Below the pieces are notes generated by a model. That model was not told the DNA's origin, made no database searches, and saw only the letters and a list, made by a program, of their open reading frames with translations. A stretch of 64,000 nt of DNA, taken from the NCBI GenBank assembly GCA_024137785.1, contig JAHRHZ010000070.1, positions 6,102,575-6,166,574 on the forward strand, read 5' to 3'. Every line of letters starts with the position of its first letter. Position 1 is the first letter of the stretch. Below, in pieces: positions 25,444-38,404 of this stretch. A program made the translations under genes and the position numbers. Source of the stretch: Ginglymostoma cirratum (taxonomy: Eukaryota).

Positions 25444-26894
25444 GTAAGAACTTTAAAATACTGTTATTTAATTCGTGTTTTTTTAACTTAAACTTTGTGT
25501 ACATAACTGCATCTTGTCGAACCAATAGAATTTGAAAATTTGAGCACTTGGTCCCATTTATAAATGTGATGTTCAACAATGGTAACTTAATCTACACAGC
25601 ATTTCTGAAATACAAAACTGTTCCATGCTATTTAGTGTGATGATCAGAAATAAATGGAGTGATACTGGGAAGGCTAAAAATTAGTGGCTTGTTTTAAGGA
25701 TCGTATAGGAGAGAAAAATAAAAGTTGGAGGTCTGAGGAGGAGCATCCAGAAGATAGGGTCTAAATGGTCAGTGACAGTTGGAGGAAAGGGAATAGTCAG
25801 AGGAATAATGTGTTTAGGAATGGTTGAGGACAAAGATAATGGGTGAATGTGAATTGGTTTTGCTTATAGCTGGTGTGGCTGGCATTTATTACCAAGCCCA
25901 AGTTTTCCTGAATGGTTAGCGGGTTGTCATGGTATACTGTTAATTGAATTTCATGTAACTGATGCATGCTAGGTCAATCAGAGGAATGTTCACAGCCGAC
26001 TACGTTGATGTAGGACTGGAGTAATGTCAGCTGGTTCCTTTAAAGGTCACTGAGATTTTAGGACAGCCACACAGTCTCATATTGGCTCCATGCCTTTGTT
26101 TCCAGATTTTTTTTATTTCATGACATTCAGATTCTCAAGTTCAGCCATAGTAAGGTTTGAATGTGTGATCTCTGAATTATTGGCCTCGTTGTCCATTACT
26201 AGACCAATATTGTGTCCGTCCTACATTTAACATACCCATTGATCTAGAGGAATGTTAGTCCAAGGGCTGACTTCCATTGATATCAGCAGAATGGCTGCTC
26301 TGATACATATGACACTTTGACCTAGGTTCTGCTGATCTACAATTAATCTAGAATGTGCTTCCTCGTGGACATAAGGTGTGTTAATGATAGTGGCAACCAA
26401 CAGGTAATTCCCCTAGGATTGTCGCATTACAAAATAGATAGCACGATGTTAGATGAGCTAAAGTTTATGAAAGGTGATGAAAAGGGACGCTGTTTACTCC
26501 ATAGAGTATATTTGCATAGTTTTGTCTCTTTTAGGTATCTGAAAGATATGAATACAGTCCTAATTGAGGGTAGGTGGAAGAGAAGGGAGCAGTATAGCAA
26601 AGTTGGATTTAATTAGACTGACGGAGGGGATATTTGGTCAAAAACTCATCTTTTGGATCAAGTAAGATACTGGATTGCCAAATAATCTGTTTTACCTTGA
26701 GACCGTGGCTATACATGGAATCTGTGGCAAGGTAAAAAATTTGCATTTGATTCTCAAGATAATATCTTGAATCTTCCCAGCTAGTACAGTTGTAGATTAT
26801 CAAAGACTGAATATTTGGCAAACAGCCTTAAAGGATGTAGGCACTAGTAGGGGGTTTACAAGAGGTGAAGAGGAAGCAGAATTGGGTGCCATCA

Positions 26895-27418
26895 CGGTAA
26901 CTCCTGGTTTTAGAGGTTGCAGAACAGGGACTGCTTGTATTGATGAGGTTATGGCTGCAGTGGCAGCATTGTGGTATGCCCAGAGGGGGCCTCCTGGTGT
27001 CATCGAGGCAACAGCGGAGCCAGGGACTCCTGGTTGTGGTTGCGATAGGTCCAGAGCTGGGGATTCCTAGTTACTGGTGAGGCAGTGGCAGCAGAATTGG
27101 GAACTCCTGGTTGCAGGGCAAGTATGGGTTCAGCAAGGGACCAGGCATTGGTGTAGCAACATTGGTGGGCCGAGCAGCGAAGAGATAACCTCTAAAGAGA
27201 GGGGGCTTTGTTGATGGGTGTGGCGTAGGTTGTGGTGACGCCCTGGAGGAGGGGTTTGAGCACAGGTGTCATTAGTGAGTCAGCTCAGGACTCCCTTTCA
27301 GTTACATCTTTTTATTCCTTCTATTCTTAAACTATTCAAAATGGTGCTGAATTGTGGCAACGGTTGAAACTTTTCATTTATTGAACAGTACAGTAAAATA
27401 CAATCATTCAATTCAATT
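26895..27418 (+). mobile_element. Unclassified GC-rich retroposed insertion with internal degenerate repeats
   Basis: Interrupts a minus-strand L2. Flanked by a CATCA duplication. Repeated (G/A)ACTCCTGGTT motif and an (ATTCA)n tail. Confidence 0.5.
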
Positions 27419-27779
27419 CATCAGTACATACATGAAGACCTGACTCCACATGTATGGATGTTGTGCGCAAGGAAGGCTTGTGAATAAGGAATGGTTGAGG
27501 GTGAAGATGAGATCCTTTGAGGTAATGGTATGGGGGTGGGGACTTCAATAGAAATGATCATTGAAGGTCTTTTGGTAATACTTATCTAATTGCAGATGAA
27601 ATTAACTGAGAGCAGTACTGCTCGGCTGGGCGGTAAATACATGCATTGGTTAAGGATGCTGTAATTGACCATTATCAAAGCTACAGAGGGTGAGAAAGAA
27701 TAATGCACTATTATGAAAGTCTCAGGATGTTACTTGTATTTGTTTTAGGGTTATTTATCAGGGCCAAGTGTCAAATATG

Positions 27780-28190
27780 ATTCAGTGTGTACCACCATTT
27801 TCCCGGGTCACAATCGAGTCCCATTCCTTGTCATGAGCGCAAAAATCTACACTGACGTTTTGGAGCAGTACTGAACGAGTGCTGCTTTGTTGTCTTTTGA
27901 TGAAACAGTAAACTCAAGCCCATCTGCCAATTGGGTGGCTGTAAAAGCTTCTGTAGAAATTTTTCAAATAAAGCAAGAGGAATATTCTTGGTATCCAGGT
28001 CTAAATTTAACATCAATTGACATCATAAAAAATTTGCTGTCTGTTCATAATCACATTGCTGTTTGTGGGAGCTTGCTGTGCACATTTGGCTGTTATGTTT
28101 CTGATGTTACAGTAGTGGCTACACTTCAGAAGTACTTCATTGGCTGTAAAATATTTTGAGACTTAATGATTGTGAAACATGAATGCAGAT
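27780..28190 (+). mobile_element. Deu-domain SINE (SacSINE1/AmnSINE1-like), degraded
   Basis: gcagtactgaacgagtgctgc, gctgtttgtgggagcttgctgtgcac and acacttcagaagtacttcattggctgtaaa resemble the recalled DeuSINE consensus. Confidence 0.6.
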
Positions 28191-28920
28191 GTTAGAAAAT
28201 TTAAATTACAGGGAGGGTGAGCAATGATTTGGGAGAAGACAACAGTTTTAATGGAGAAGAAAGGTGATGGTGGAATTAAGTGGTGATTGGCAAGAAAGCA
28301 GATTGAGGGTTGTGTTTGAGGAGTGGATGACTACTCTAGTTTGAGAAGGAGATAGGATACCTATCTGATCAGTTCAATTTTGTATGCTTCACATTTAGTA
28401 TGTTAGCTATCTAAAGCCTTCTAACCTGTCTGTGGACTCCAATTAGTCTGAGATTACTTCATGGATTTAAATAGCAGCATTCACTTCATAATTAATCAAT
28501 TAAATTAGTGCTACTTACTCATACAAAGTTTCTTTAAAATTTATTCATGGAATGTAGGTGTTCCTATTTGGGCCAGTATTTATTGCTCATTCCTAGTTGC
28601 TCTTGAGAAGGTGGTGAACTGCCTTCTTGAACCCTTGTGATCCATTTAACGTTAAGGCGGGAGTTCCAGGATTTTGACCCAGTGGCACTGAAGGAACAGG
28701 AGTACATTTGGAAATGAGGGTGGTGTGAGAGACTTGGAAGCGGACTTACGGGTTATGGTGTTCCCATGTGTCTGCTGCCCTTGCCCTTCTGGATGGTGGA
28801 TTTGGAAGCTGCTGGGTAAGGAGCCTTGGTGAGTGGTTGCAGTGCATTTTGTAGATGGCACATAGCACTTCAATTGTACGTGGGTGGTACCAATCAAGCG
28901 AGCTGCTTTGTCCTGGATGG

Positions 28921-29277
28921 TTTCTTTATTTTCTTTCATTCACAGAATGAGGGCGTTGATGACTAGGCCAGCATTTATTGCCCATCCCTAATTACGCAGT
29001 TAAGAGCCAACCACATTGCTGTGGGTCTGGCGTCACATGTAGGCCGGACCAGGATGGCAGTTTCCTTCCCTAAAGGACATTAGTGAACCAGATGGGCTTT
29101 TCCTGACAATCGACAATGGATTCATGGTCATCACCACTAGATTCCTAAGTCCAGATATTTATGAATTTGAATTCCACCATCTGCTGTAGCGGGATTCAAA
29201 CTCAGGTCCCCAGAACACTATCTGGATCTCTGGATTAACAGTCTAACGATAATACCACTAGGCCGTTGCCTCCCCTT
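28921..29277 (-). mobile_element. tRNA-derived SINE sharing its 3' tail with the host LINE family
   Basis: Minus strand begins ggggaggcaacggcctagtggtatta (A box), has B box gagtttgaatccc, and ends in tail gggatgggcaataaatgctggcc. An older copy lies at ~25870-26220. Confidence 0.72.
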
Positions 29278-29729
29278 GAGGCAAGGTTCTTGAGCATTGT
29301 TCGAACTGCACTCATCCAGGCAAGTGGGGAGTAATTCATCATGCTCCTAATTTGCACCTTGTAGATGGTGGGCAGGCTCTCGGGAGTCGGGAGGTGAGTT
29401 ACATGCTACAGGATTCCCAGAGTCCAAACAGCTCTTGTAGTCACATTGTTTATATGGCTAGCTCATTCAGTTTCTGTTCAGTGGTAATCCCTAAGATGTC
29501 GATCATAGAGATTTAGTAACAGAAATACCATTGAATGTCAAAGGATGTTTGATAGATTGTCTTTTGTGTCAGATGGTCATCGGCCGGCACTTGTATGGCG
29601 CAGGTATTACTTGCTGCTAGTCGGCCCAAACCTGGATATTGTCCAGGCCTTGCTGTACTTGGACACAGCCTGCTTCAATATCTGAGGAGCTTTGCACAAT
29701 TATCAATGTTTAGCATCTTTCAGTGAATA

Positions 29730-30098
29730 GGATGGCATAGTGGCTTAGTGGTTAGCACTGCTGCCTCTCAGCACCAGGGACCCGGGTTCAATTTCAGCCT
29801 CAGGTGACTGTATGGAGTTTGCACATTCTCCCCATGTCTGCGAGGGTTTCCTCCGGGCACTCTGGTTTCCTCCCACAGTCTAAAGATATGCAGGTTATCT
29901 GGATTGACCATGCTAAATTGCCTATGGTGCCCAGGGATGTGTAGGTTAGGTGGATTAGCCGTGGGAAATGCAGGGTTACAGGAATAGGATGGCGGGGGAG
30001 GTGAGTCTGGGTGGGATGTTTTTCAGAGAATCGGTGTAGACTTGTCAAGTCAAATGGCCTGTTTCCACACTGTAGGTATTCTATGGATTCTATTCTGT
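29730..30098 (+). mobile_element. HE1-type SINE, full length
   Basis: tggcttagtggttagcactgctgcctc...gggttcaattt...ggcctgtttccacactgtaggtattctat; inserted in an older LINE. Confidence 0.9.
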
Positions 30099-32304
30099 TT
30101 TATGAATATCCCCATTTCTAACCTTGAGATGAAGGGAAGGTTATTGATAAAGCAACTAGTGACGTTTAGGCAGAGGATACTTTTTCCCTGTGGAACACTT
30201 ATTGAGATCGTCTGCTTTGGAATGTAGGAATGGACCACACGCTCCTCCTTATACAAGTTGTAAAAGCTTGAGTAACGTTCCGTGGTCACTTCGATTTACT
30301 GAAATGCTGGTGTCATGGAGCAGCACTTTGACATTTCTGGTCAGTGGTCTTTATCAGAAAGGCCAGTGACTTGAAACCTTAATGCACATTTTCTCTCCAC
30401 AGAAGCTGCCTGAACCTGAGGATTTTTGTGTTTTCTGTTTTTGTTTCAGATTTACACCTTCTGCAGTAATTTTGTTTTGCCAAATGTTAACATTTACCAG
30501 ATTCATTTGTGCACTTTCTTTCATTTAGTCCTGAATATAAACGTATCTTATTTCGGCAAGCCTAAGTCAACCATTGCTTTAAGCTTGACTGTTTGCCTTA
30601 AAGTAGTTGTGAATGTGGTTACTTGTGTACTTGGAATTGTTCAAGTGCTGCCCAATCATATAATCATATTTAACAACCAAAGTTTTATTTTGTGTTTTAC
30701 AATATAACCTGGTTCGATATTGTATGCATTGCAAACAACCGGAAGAGCATGTATTTGATTCATTAGCTAGTTCTGGGATGTATGGCCTACATACCTGACA
30801 TTGCATGAATTTCAGTGGAATGTACAGAATTGCTGAACCATGTGGTAGAGTGTTTGTTAGAACCATACTTGATTAACCCAAGTTTACAAAACTGAAAATA
30901 AAACTACAGTCGTGTGATTCCACAATTGGGCAGCACTTGCTGGACAATCCTTATTGTGTAATTTTAGTTAAACTAAAAACCAATTTAAGATAATCATTCT
31001 CACTTGTAGTTGGATTAATATATGCTTATTCGCAATAACTTGCGTTCATATTCAGGAACCTATTTTCTGCAAATGAAAAGTATATTTTCCAGCTTTGCAC
31101 CTTTTCCCAAAAACATGGAGATCCAATAGTCTTCTGATGATCTGTCCATGGTAACTTTATGATCACTCTGTTGATTTGAAAGCAGTTTAGCACCCCGATT
31201 TCTTCTGTAGTATCAATTGTCATGATCTACTTGGTAAAGTGCATTGATAGTCAGGTCCCACTACTCTTGGGGTCATCACAAAAGTTAAAAGTTTAATCAA
31301 ATGACTCAAAGTCCCTTATTTTCTTGTATGTTAAGTTCAGGCTAATAGGAGACAGAGGTTTCTGTAAATATTATTTATTACAAAGAAATCAGTTTTAACC
31401 AAAGGCAAACAAATATATCAATACAACTCTACTAGATGAAACTCTAACCTGTTATAAACATCTGCGCAGACATAAAGGCAGACAGCAGAACAAATGAATG
31501 TGGATATTATGGATGGAGAAAAAAAGTACTGGGCAAATACAGTTCAATAGCATTAGTTCACAGGATTCAGTGAGGCATACTTCTGCATCGCCAGGTTCTG
31601 ATTCTTTATAATTTTCTTCAATTCCTCACTGCTGGCATATGGCAATTGGCACTCTAACTGTTCAGTTTTTCAGTCACTGATTAGAGGCAGCAGCTTAGAG
31701 CAAATGGTGGATGAGAATAATTAGCTATCTTCCAAGTTAAATTGAAACCAACACGGTAAATTACCCAAGCTTTTGTAACTTGGACAGGGAGGAGTGTGGT
31801 GCACATTCCTGCATTCCAAACCATACTATCTCAGTTTCAGCAAATCTCTGCGGGTGTTCCTCAGAGGAATGTCCTCTGCCTGAATATCACCTGTTGCTTT
31901 ATCAATGACATCTCCTTCCATTGAGAATGAGGTCATTTCTCTGTTGCAGTCTGGAAGCATCTGCCTTTGTCTTATTCACAACTCTGGCTTATGGGAAGAT
32001 GAACTATCCAAGTTGCTGCCATGTTGGTGAATCCGGACCTCCCCAACTGGTCTGATTGCACAGACTAATCAGCAGTCTGGCTCTGGGCGAAGCTTACTTT
32101 GTGCACACATCCGTGATATCATGGCATCGTAATCATAGCACCAACAGTATAAACAGAACCCATGGCTTCCAGCAACTTGCTTTTAAAAGTGCAACAACTC
32201 CTACAGTCTTTGATTTTTGGTCCATAATCCAAACTGAAGAAAAATAAGAAGACCAATCTTTACAAAATTATTGTAATTATTTGAAATTCGGCATTTTTGC
32301 ATTT

Positions 32305-32920
32305 AGAGTCATAGAGATGTACAGCACGGAAACAGACCCTTCTGTCCAACTCGTCCGTGCCAACCAGATATCCCAAATTGATCTAGTCCCACTTGCCAGC
32401 ATTTGGCCCATACCCCTCTGAACCCTTCCTATTCAGTTACCTATCCAGATGCCCTTTAAACGTTGTAATTGTACCAGCCTCCTCCACTTCTGGCAGCTCA
32501 TTCCATCCATGCACCTCCCTCTACATGAAAATGCTGCCCCTTAGGTCCCTTCTAAATCTTTTCCTCTCTCTCCTTAAACCTATGCCCTTTAGCTTTGGAC
32601 TTCCCTACCATGGGGAAAAGACTTAGACTATTCACCCTTTCAATGCACCTCATGATTTTATAAACTTCTATAAGGTCACCCCTCAGCCTCTGATACTGCA
32701 GGGAAAATAGCCCTTGCCTATTTGGCCTTTCCCTAAAGCTCAAACCCTCCAACCCTGGCAACCTCCTTGTGAATCTTTTCTGAACTCTTTCAAGCTTCGC
32801 AACATCTTCCCTATGTCAGGGTGATCAGAATTGAACACTATTCCAAAAATGGCCTAACCAATGAACTGCCCAGCCGCAATGTGACCTCCCAACTCCTATT
32901 TTCAATGCACTGATCAGGCA
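32305..32920 (-). mobile_element. CR1 3' end
   Basis: agagtcatagagatgtacagcacggaaacagacc tail; ORF LRGDLIEVYKIMR. Confidence 0.88.
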
Positions 32921-35710
32921 ATGTGTTTCTATATATTTAAACAATATCTCCAGTGTAAACTTGCTGCCAGATAATTTGTGTAATAGCTCCACCCAGTGGT
33001 AGCAAATACAATAGAGTTTCCAGCAGATGCAAGAAGCTGTTGACCTGAAACGCACATTGCCACTTAGAGATATTGCCCTCTCTGATCTTTAGTTTTTCCC
33101 ATTCTCAAGATTTTTTTGGCTCCTATATATGGTTTTAAAATTAGCATTTTGTTTCTGATCTTTAGTATCAGTATTAGTTTTAACCTTAGATGAATGCTTA
33201 ACAACTCTTAATGTGACAATTACCTTACATGAATGCTTTTCTCTTTGCAAAGTTTGAGCTTTGATGATATCCCATTTGTCCTAATTTAACATACTAATTC
33301 CAGTAGATTTGCGGTATTAACCAGTCTGCTAACCCAGGTAATATAAACTAATTAAATCTTTTGTCATGCTTCCATTCTTATTTTTCTTTTAAGCCTCCTT
33401 CTGATGACAAATTGAAAACCAGTCATCAAGAGATTTGCAGTAAATTGGTTGGGGATAGTTTTTCCTTCACAACATTTATGATTAAAGTTTGAAGTGAACA
33501 CCTTGGAGAGTAGTTGTTTTCTGTCCATTGTCACATGTTCCAACACGCTGTCGTTGTTTAATTCGAAGTCTTTTGTTACACTTTCACCAGATTTCATTGA
33601 CAACTTGTTCATTGTATGCACGGCAACAGTAATCCAAATAATGAACGGATCTGAAGTTTTTTTATTTTTTTCACTGCCATTGCACCTTAATGACACAATT
33701 TAGGTGAAGCATTTGTTCAAAACTTAACGTGAATCAGAGGTACCTTTATACTACAGTTGATGTAATTGTCCATTACTTGATGTATTTTTGTTGCTGCATG
33801 TCTTGATTCCCAAGTAGTCATGTACTGAATTGCAAAACCTAAAAATGTACGACCGAATGTTAAAATTTTATGAAGAGACAAATTAGATTTTAGAATGTCT
33901 TGTCAAATTTAAAATGGATCATAAGTTTACACTGTCAATGTGCTGCAATCTTATTTTCTTAAAATGGTTTTAAAGTCTGAGTTCCAACAATTTGACTGTG
34001 CAACAGCCGTTACCTGTGGTGGAGGATCATTTGATTATTTGTCATCTTCTAATAACTTAATCTACAAAATACTTGCAGGTCATCTAAAAGTTTACAACCC
34101 AGACTTGAATCTAAATATTTTGGTCCTCAAGATCAATGCATATAGGTCATTCGGTATTAAAATACAAAAGAATACAAAAAAAATTGAAACTGATTGTAGT
34201 GCAATTTAGAGAATTTGAATTCTTTCTGCTGTTTTGGGAATTAATTCCAACCTAGGTTAATTGCTCATAAAACATAATTTTTCCCAGGGTAATTTTAGGA
34301 TAATGTTTTGTACTTGGAAACATGTGGTGTGTTGTTCCCTGAGAGTAACTTCGTAGAACTGCAAACTGAAATATTATCATATCAGGAAAGTTGTTCTTAT
34401 TTATTTTCTTGTATGACGTTGTAAGGATATAATGCCTCAACCAGTGATCTGCAGCCTTCGCCTTTGGAGTCATGTGACCTCTCAACATCTCACTTATGGC
34501 TCCCAACCTTTTTCGGTTGGATCACATTAACATGAGAAATCCTGTAAAAAAACAAGTGAAGAAAAGTAAGAATGAGTTTTTTATGGTGGGATGAAAGTCT
34601 AATTGTGCTGCATTTCAAATATCTTAACAAAAAAATACGTAATTCTGCTCTAAGCAAACCTGTTCAAGTGGTATGGCTACATCAATATTAAATATGATGC
34701 CTTTGGTTTGAGGAGCAAGCTTTATGATATTAACCATTTTGACCAATGTATAGCTGCTGCTTGTACTATTTGAGGCAGTTTTTTGAATCGTGAGTAGAAA
34801 TAGCTAAAATTAATTGAAGTGAATTTAAAACTAGTTTAAAAGATGACTTTCTTGACCAAAAGGTTTTTTAAAAAAGTGGGGGTTAAAGTTGGGTCAACTT
34901 AAATTTGTTTTTCTATGAATATGTCAGTTCAATGCAAGTATCTTTTATATGTGAATTATACATTTTGTCAGGGACAATTGGGAATTTGCTAAATATTTTG
35001 TTTATAGATGTTGGTTATATTTCTTTCTGTCATGTGCCTCTTAGTGGATTTTTACCATGGTAAATTATTTTTAAATTACTCAAGTAACAAAAGACAGCTT
35101 GACCTAAACATTGCTGCCTTGAGTTGTATCTCTATTGTTCACCAGCAGCTTTTGTCTCCTAGTAATTATTGTAAAGCAACCTTAACCTTGCTACACATTT
35201 CATGACTTGTTAAGTTAATAAATGAAGATTTTGGAACAGAGTGCAGCAAGTGATATACCACAAAAGTAATCAAGCTTAATATACCACAGTGAAATATAAG
35301 ACGCTTATATCTTTAAGTTCCTTTTCTCCTATTCCATAGTGTGAAATTCTGTTCCTTCTGTCTCGTGCGGTCCTTTTGTCTGGTTTGTATATGTAATGTT
35401 GTTAGTGCAAAGCTATTTAGCATCAAAGATTGAATATGAAGCTTAGTATATTTTTTAGAAATTGGAATTCTTAAGAGAAATTAAAACGTGCAGATTCTAA
35501 TGTCCAACTTTTTATTTGCTGATATCTTTAGATTCCCTCAAACTAGATTTAAGATTCAGGTGGTGGCATCACCTAACCAGAACTGACTACACCTCCCCAA
35601 CAATTGTGAAATACTTCCACATTTAGGTTTCCTTCACTTTTTTACTTTGTATACAAGTAAATTGAGCCAGTGAAAATGAATGCACACAAAATATAATTCC
35701 TTTTGTACAG

Positions 35711-35940
35711 TTACAGGCACATATGCAGCAAAAACTTCAAGCTCAACAAGTTCAGCCCCAATCCCAACAGACAGCCAAGCTATTATCATTAACGCCACCA
35801 TCTTCACCAAAGGTGCAGCGAGCAGGCCACCGGAGAATCGTCAGTGATGTCCCATTCAGCAGTATATTTGGAGTCCCTGCCAGTCGTTCCTCTCAACAAC
35901 TGGCAGCAGCTGCGGCAGAAGCAAATCTTTATAAATCAAA
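35711..35940 (+). CDS. AAK1: AAK1-like exon (LQAHMQQK...[51 protein letters not shown])
   Basis: ttgtacag|TTA ... TCAAA|gtgagt, 230 bp. LTPPSSPK and GHRRIxSD motifs characteristic of AAK1. A second in-frame CAG lies 6 nt downstream of the acceptor. Confidence 0.92.
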
Positions 35941-36399
35941 GTGAGTTCAACACAGCACGATTACTGAGTTAGGTAGCACTTTGACATTTTACTCAATAGA
36001 AAGGAAGGATCATTACTTCCTATTTAAAATTGCCCATTCCAACATTATTTAACAGTTAAATAATGGACTTTTAAATTTCCATTGCTGATGTTGGCATACA
36101 ACAAAATGCCATCTCTTTCCATAGTCTATTCTTCTATTTTTCTACCATTATAACTTGCATTGAGAGAGGGGAGGATCAAATTTTCCATGTAGGTACTAAC
36201 TTAGGAAGGAGGTGGTTCTGCGTAGTAGAAGGAGGTAGGTACTAATTTAAAAAGTAGGACTTCAGTGGTCAAAATGTTTAGATTAATACCCGAACCAGCT
36301 GCAAATAGGCAAGAGGAAAATCAAATTAGGGAAATTACCCAAAGACTGGTGTGGCAGAATAGGTTTCTGTTTGTGGTTTGCTGATGCAAGTACTAGGGA

Positions 36400-37480
36400 A
36401 TATGGAAAATTAATAGGGACCTGACTGTTAAAGGGTACGGGATACTTAGAAAGGATAGCTAGGATTGAAAAAGTGAAGGGGAGACTCAGTTAGTTAATTA
36501 AGGTGTTAGTATAACAGCTGACCCATGTACAGGAACAGTGATGTAGAAACAGTAGAAATGTGGATTGATTAAAGGCATGAAGTCACTTGTACAGCAATTG
36601 GGAGCAGTGTACAGGCCCCCAAACGGTATCTGCACTGTAACGTGGAGCATGAAGGAAGAAGTAATAAGAGCTTGACAGAAAGGCATGCGGATGATTGTGG
36701 GAAATTTTGATCTAATATCATCTGGTAAAGTCAGATGGACAAAAGTAGCCCAGATGACTTCATGGAATGTTTTCAGGATGAATTTGTAGAACATCATATT
36801 CTGGAACTGACCAGAATGTAGTCTATACTAGCCCTGGTATTGTGCCACAAGATGTGTTTGATTAATTAATGATCTTATCGTGAAGACACCCCATGGTGGT
36901 AGCAACTGTAATATGATTTGAATTTTACATTCAGTTTACTGGAAGGAAGATTAGGTCTGGGGCACTTTCTTTTAAATTTGGAAAGGATATTGAAGCATAT
37001 GGGCCACTTTTTAAAATCAAGGGTTGCCCACTTAAAACTGAGATTAGCCAGATTTTTTTTCTGAGCTTTGAGTGTCTGTTAACTTTTTTTCTGAAAATAT
37101 GTGTAAATCTTGATTCAGAGATAGTAGGAACTGCTAATGCTGGAGAATCTGAGGTAACAAGGTGTAGAGCTGGATGAACACAGCAGTCCGAGCAGGAAAG
37201 CTGACATTTCAGGTCAGGACCCTTCTTCATTTTCTGAAGAAGGGTCCAGACCTGAAATGTCACTTTCCTGCTCCTCTGATGCTGCTTGGCCTGCTGTGTT
37301 CATCCAGCTCTACACCTTGTTATCTCAGTAGAACTCTTGATTTTTTTTTATGCAGAGTTAGATTTTTATTAAGCAAGGAGGTGGTAGGCAGGAAAGAGGT
37401 TTTGAAGTTGCAAACAGATCTTATTGAATAGCGGAGCAGGCTCAAAGAACTTAATGGCCTACTCCTGCTCTTTGTTCACC
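36400..37480 (+). mobile_element. CR1 fragments (EN region and 3' end) hosting the second palindromic element
   Basis: gtgtacaggcccccaaac (VYRPP), gattgtgggaaattttgat, tail aatggcctactcctgctc. Confidence 0.6.
37117..37327. mobile_element. Second copy of the short palindromic Penelope-derived element
   Basis: Same arms (aacaaggtgtagagctggatgaacacagcag ... ctgctgtgttcatccagctctacaccttgtta). + strand CTGAAGA-agggtccagacct-GAAAT-GTC at 37234-37261. Degenerate TSD containing TCTTGATT. Confidence 0.85.
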
Positions 37481-37562
37481 TGTATTTAGAATTAAAAAAG
37501 GTTCCTGTGCATACAGTCTTAAGTGGGAAATCTACAGTTTTGTTGCGCAATTTTTATTTATG

Positions 37563-37959
37563 TAGAATCCCTTTAGTCTGGAAACAGGCCATTCAGCCCA
37601 ACAAGTCCACACTGACTCTCCGACGAACAATGTACACAGATTCGCGCGGCCCCCCCCCCCCCCCCCAAAGTCCCTGTAACCCTGCATTTCCCATGGTTAA
37701 TCCACCTAATCTACATGTCCCTGGACACTATGGGCAATTTAGCATGGCCAATCCAGCTAACCTGCACATCTTTGGTTTGTCATGTGATTTTTGACCATCT
37801 TTGGACTGTGGAAGGAAACCGGAGCACCTGGCAGAAACACACTCGGACATGGGAAGAATGTGCAAACTCCACACAGACAGTCACCCGAGACTGGAATTGA
37901 ACCCAGGTCCCTGGTGCTGTGAGGGAAACAGTGCTAACCACTGAGCTGCCATGCCACCC
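37563..37959 (-). mobile_element. HE1-type SINE, full length
   Basis: Reverse complement of the 29730 copy, with a small internal duplication near 37770-37805. Confidence 0.9.
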
Positions 37960-38246
37960 AAATATTGTTATTTTGTTCCTTGTAGAGTAAGAGCAGTTTA
38001 GATTATTTTGAATTATATTATGGAAATAGAACTTTTTTTCTAGATTTATGTAGCAAATGATTTATAAGTAAGATTGCTTTGGATGAAGCCGACGATTCTG
38101 CTGACTTTCTAGGACTGTGCCGCTTTAACCACGTTCCAACTTTAAGTCAAATATTTCTCCATTCTGCAACTTATCTCCATTTGCAAGATGTACGTTGATT
38201 CTGTCTGCTGTTTCAAATGTTTTACTTTTGACCAATTCCAATTTAG

Positions 38247-38404
38247 GTCAGCCTCTACAAGTCCTGCAGGATCACCCAAAGCCTCGGAGCAGAACATTTA
38301 TAATCCACCAGATCTCTCTGTTTGGAATCCTTTTGGAGATGACAATTTTTCCAATTTAACAGCAGAAGACCTTTTAAATAAAGAGTTTGCTGAGCTTCAA
38401 GATG
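38247..38404 (+). CDS. AAK1: AAK1-like exon (SASTSPAGSPKASEQNIYNPPDLSVWNPFGDDNFSNLTAEDLLNKEFAELQD)
   Basis: atttag|G ... GATG|gtgagt, 158 bp. Contains the WNPF (WxxF-acidic/NPF) AP-2/EH-binding motif conserved in NAKs. Confidence 0.92.

Larger units (their letters stand above)
28540..30250 (-). mobile_element. LINE 3' region hosting two SINE insertions
   Basis: Minus-strand peptide IQDKAARLIGT; sequence resumes after 29277 and after 30098. Confidence 0.7.

Noticed and set aside
25232-25579. Ala-rich ORFs on the minus strand and in an alternative + frame
   Set aside because: Shadows of the CAG-rich Gln exon at 25282-25443.
29730-29800. tRNA gene-like A/B boxes (also at 23884, 37890 and 29180)
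   Set aside because: These are SINE heads continuing into SINE bodies and LINE-derived tails; no complete cloverleaf.
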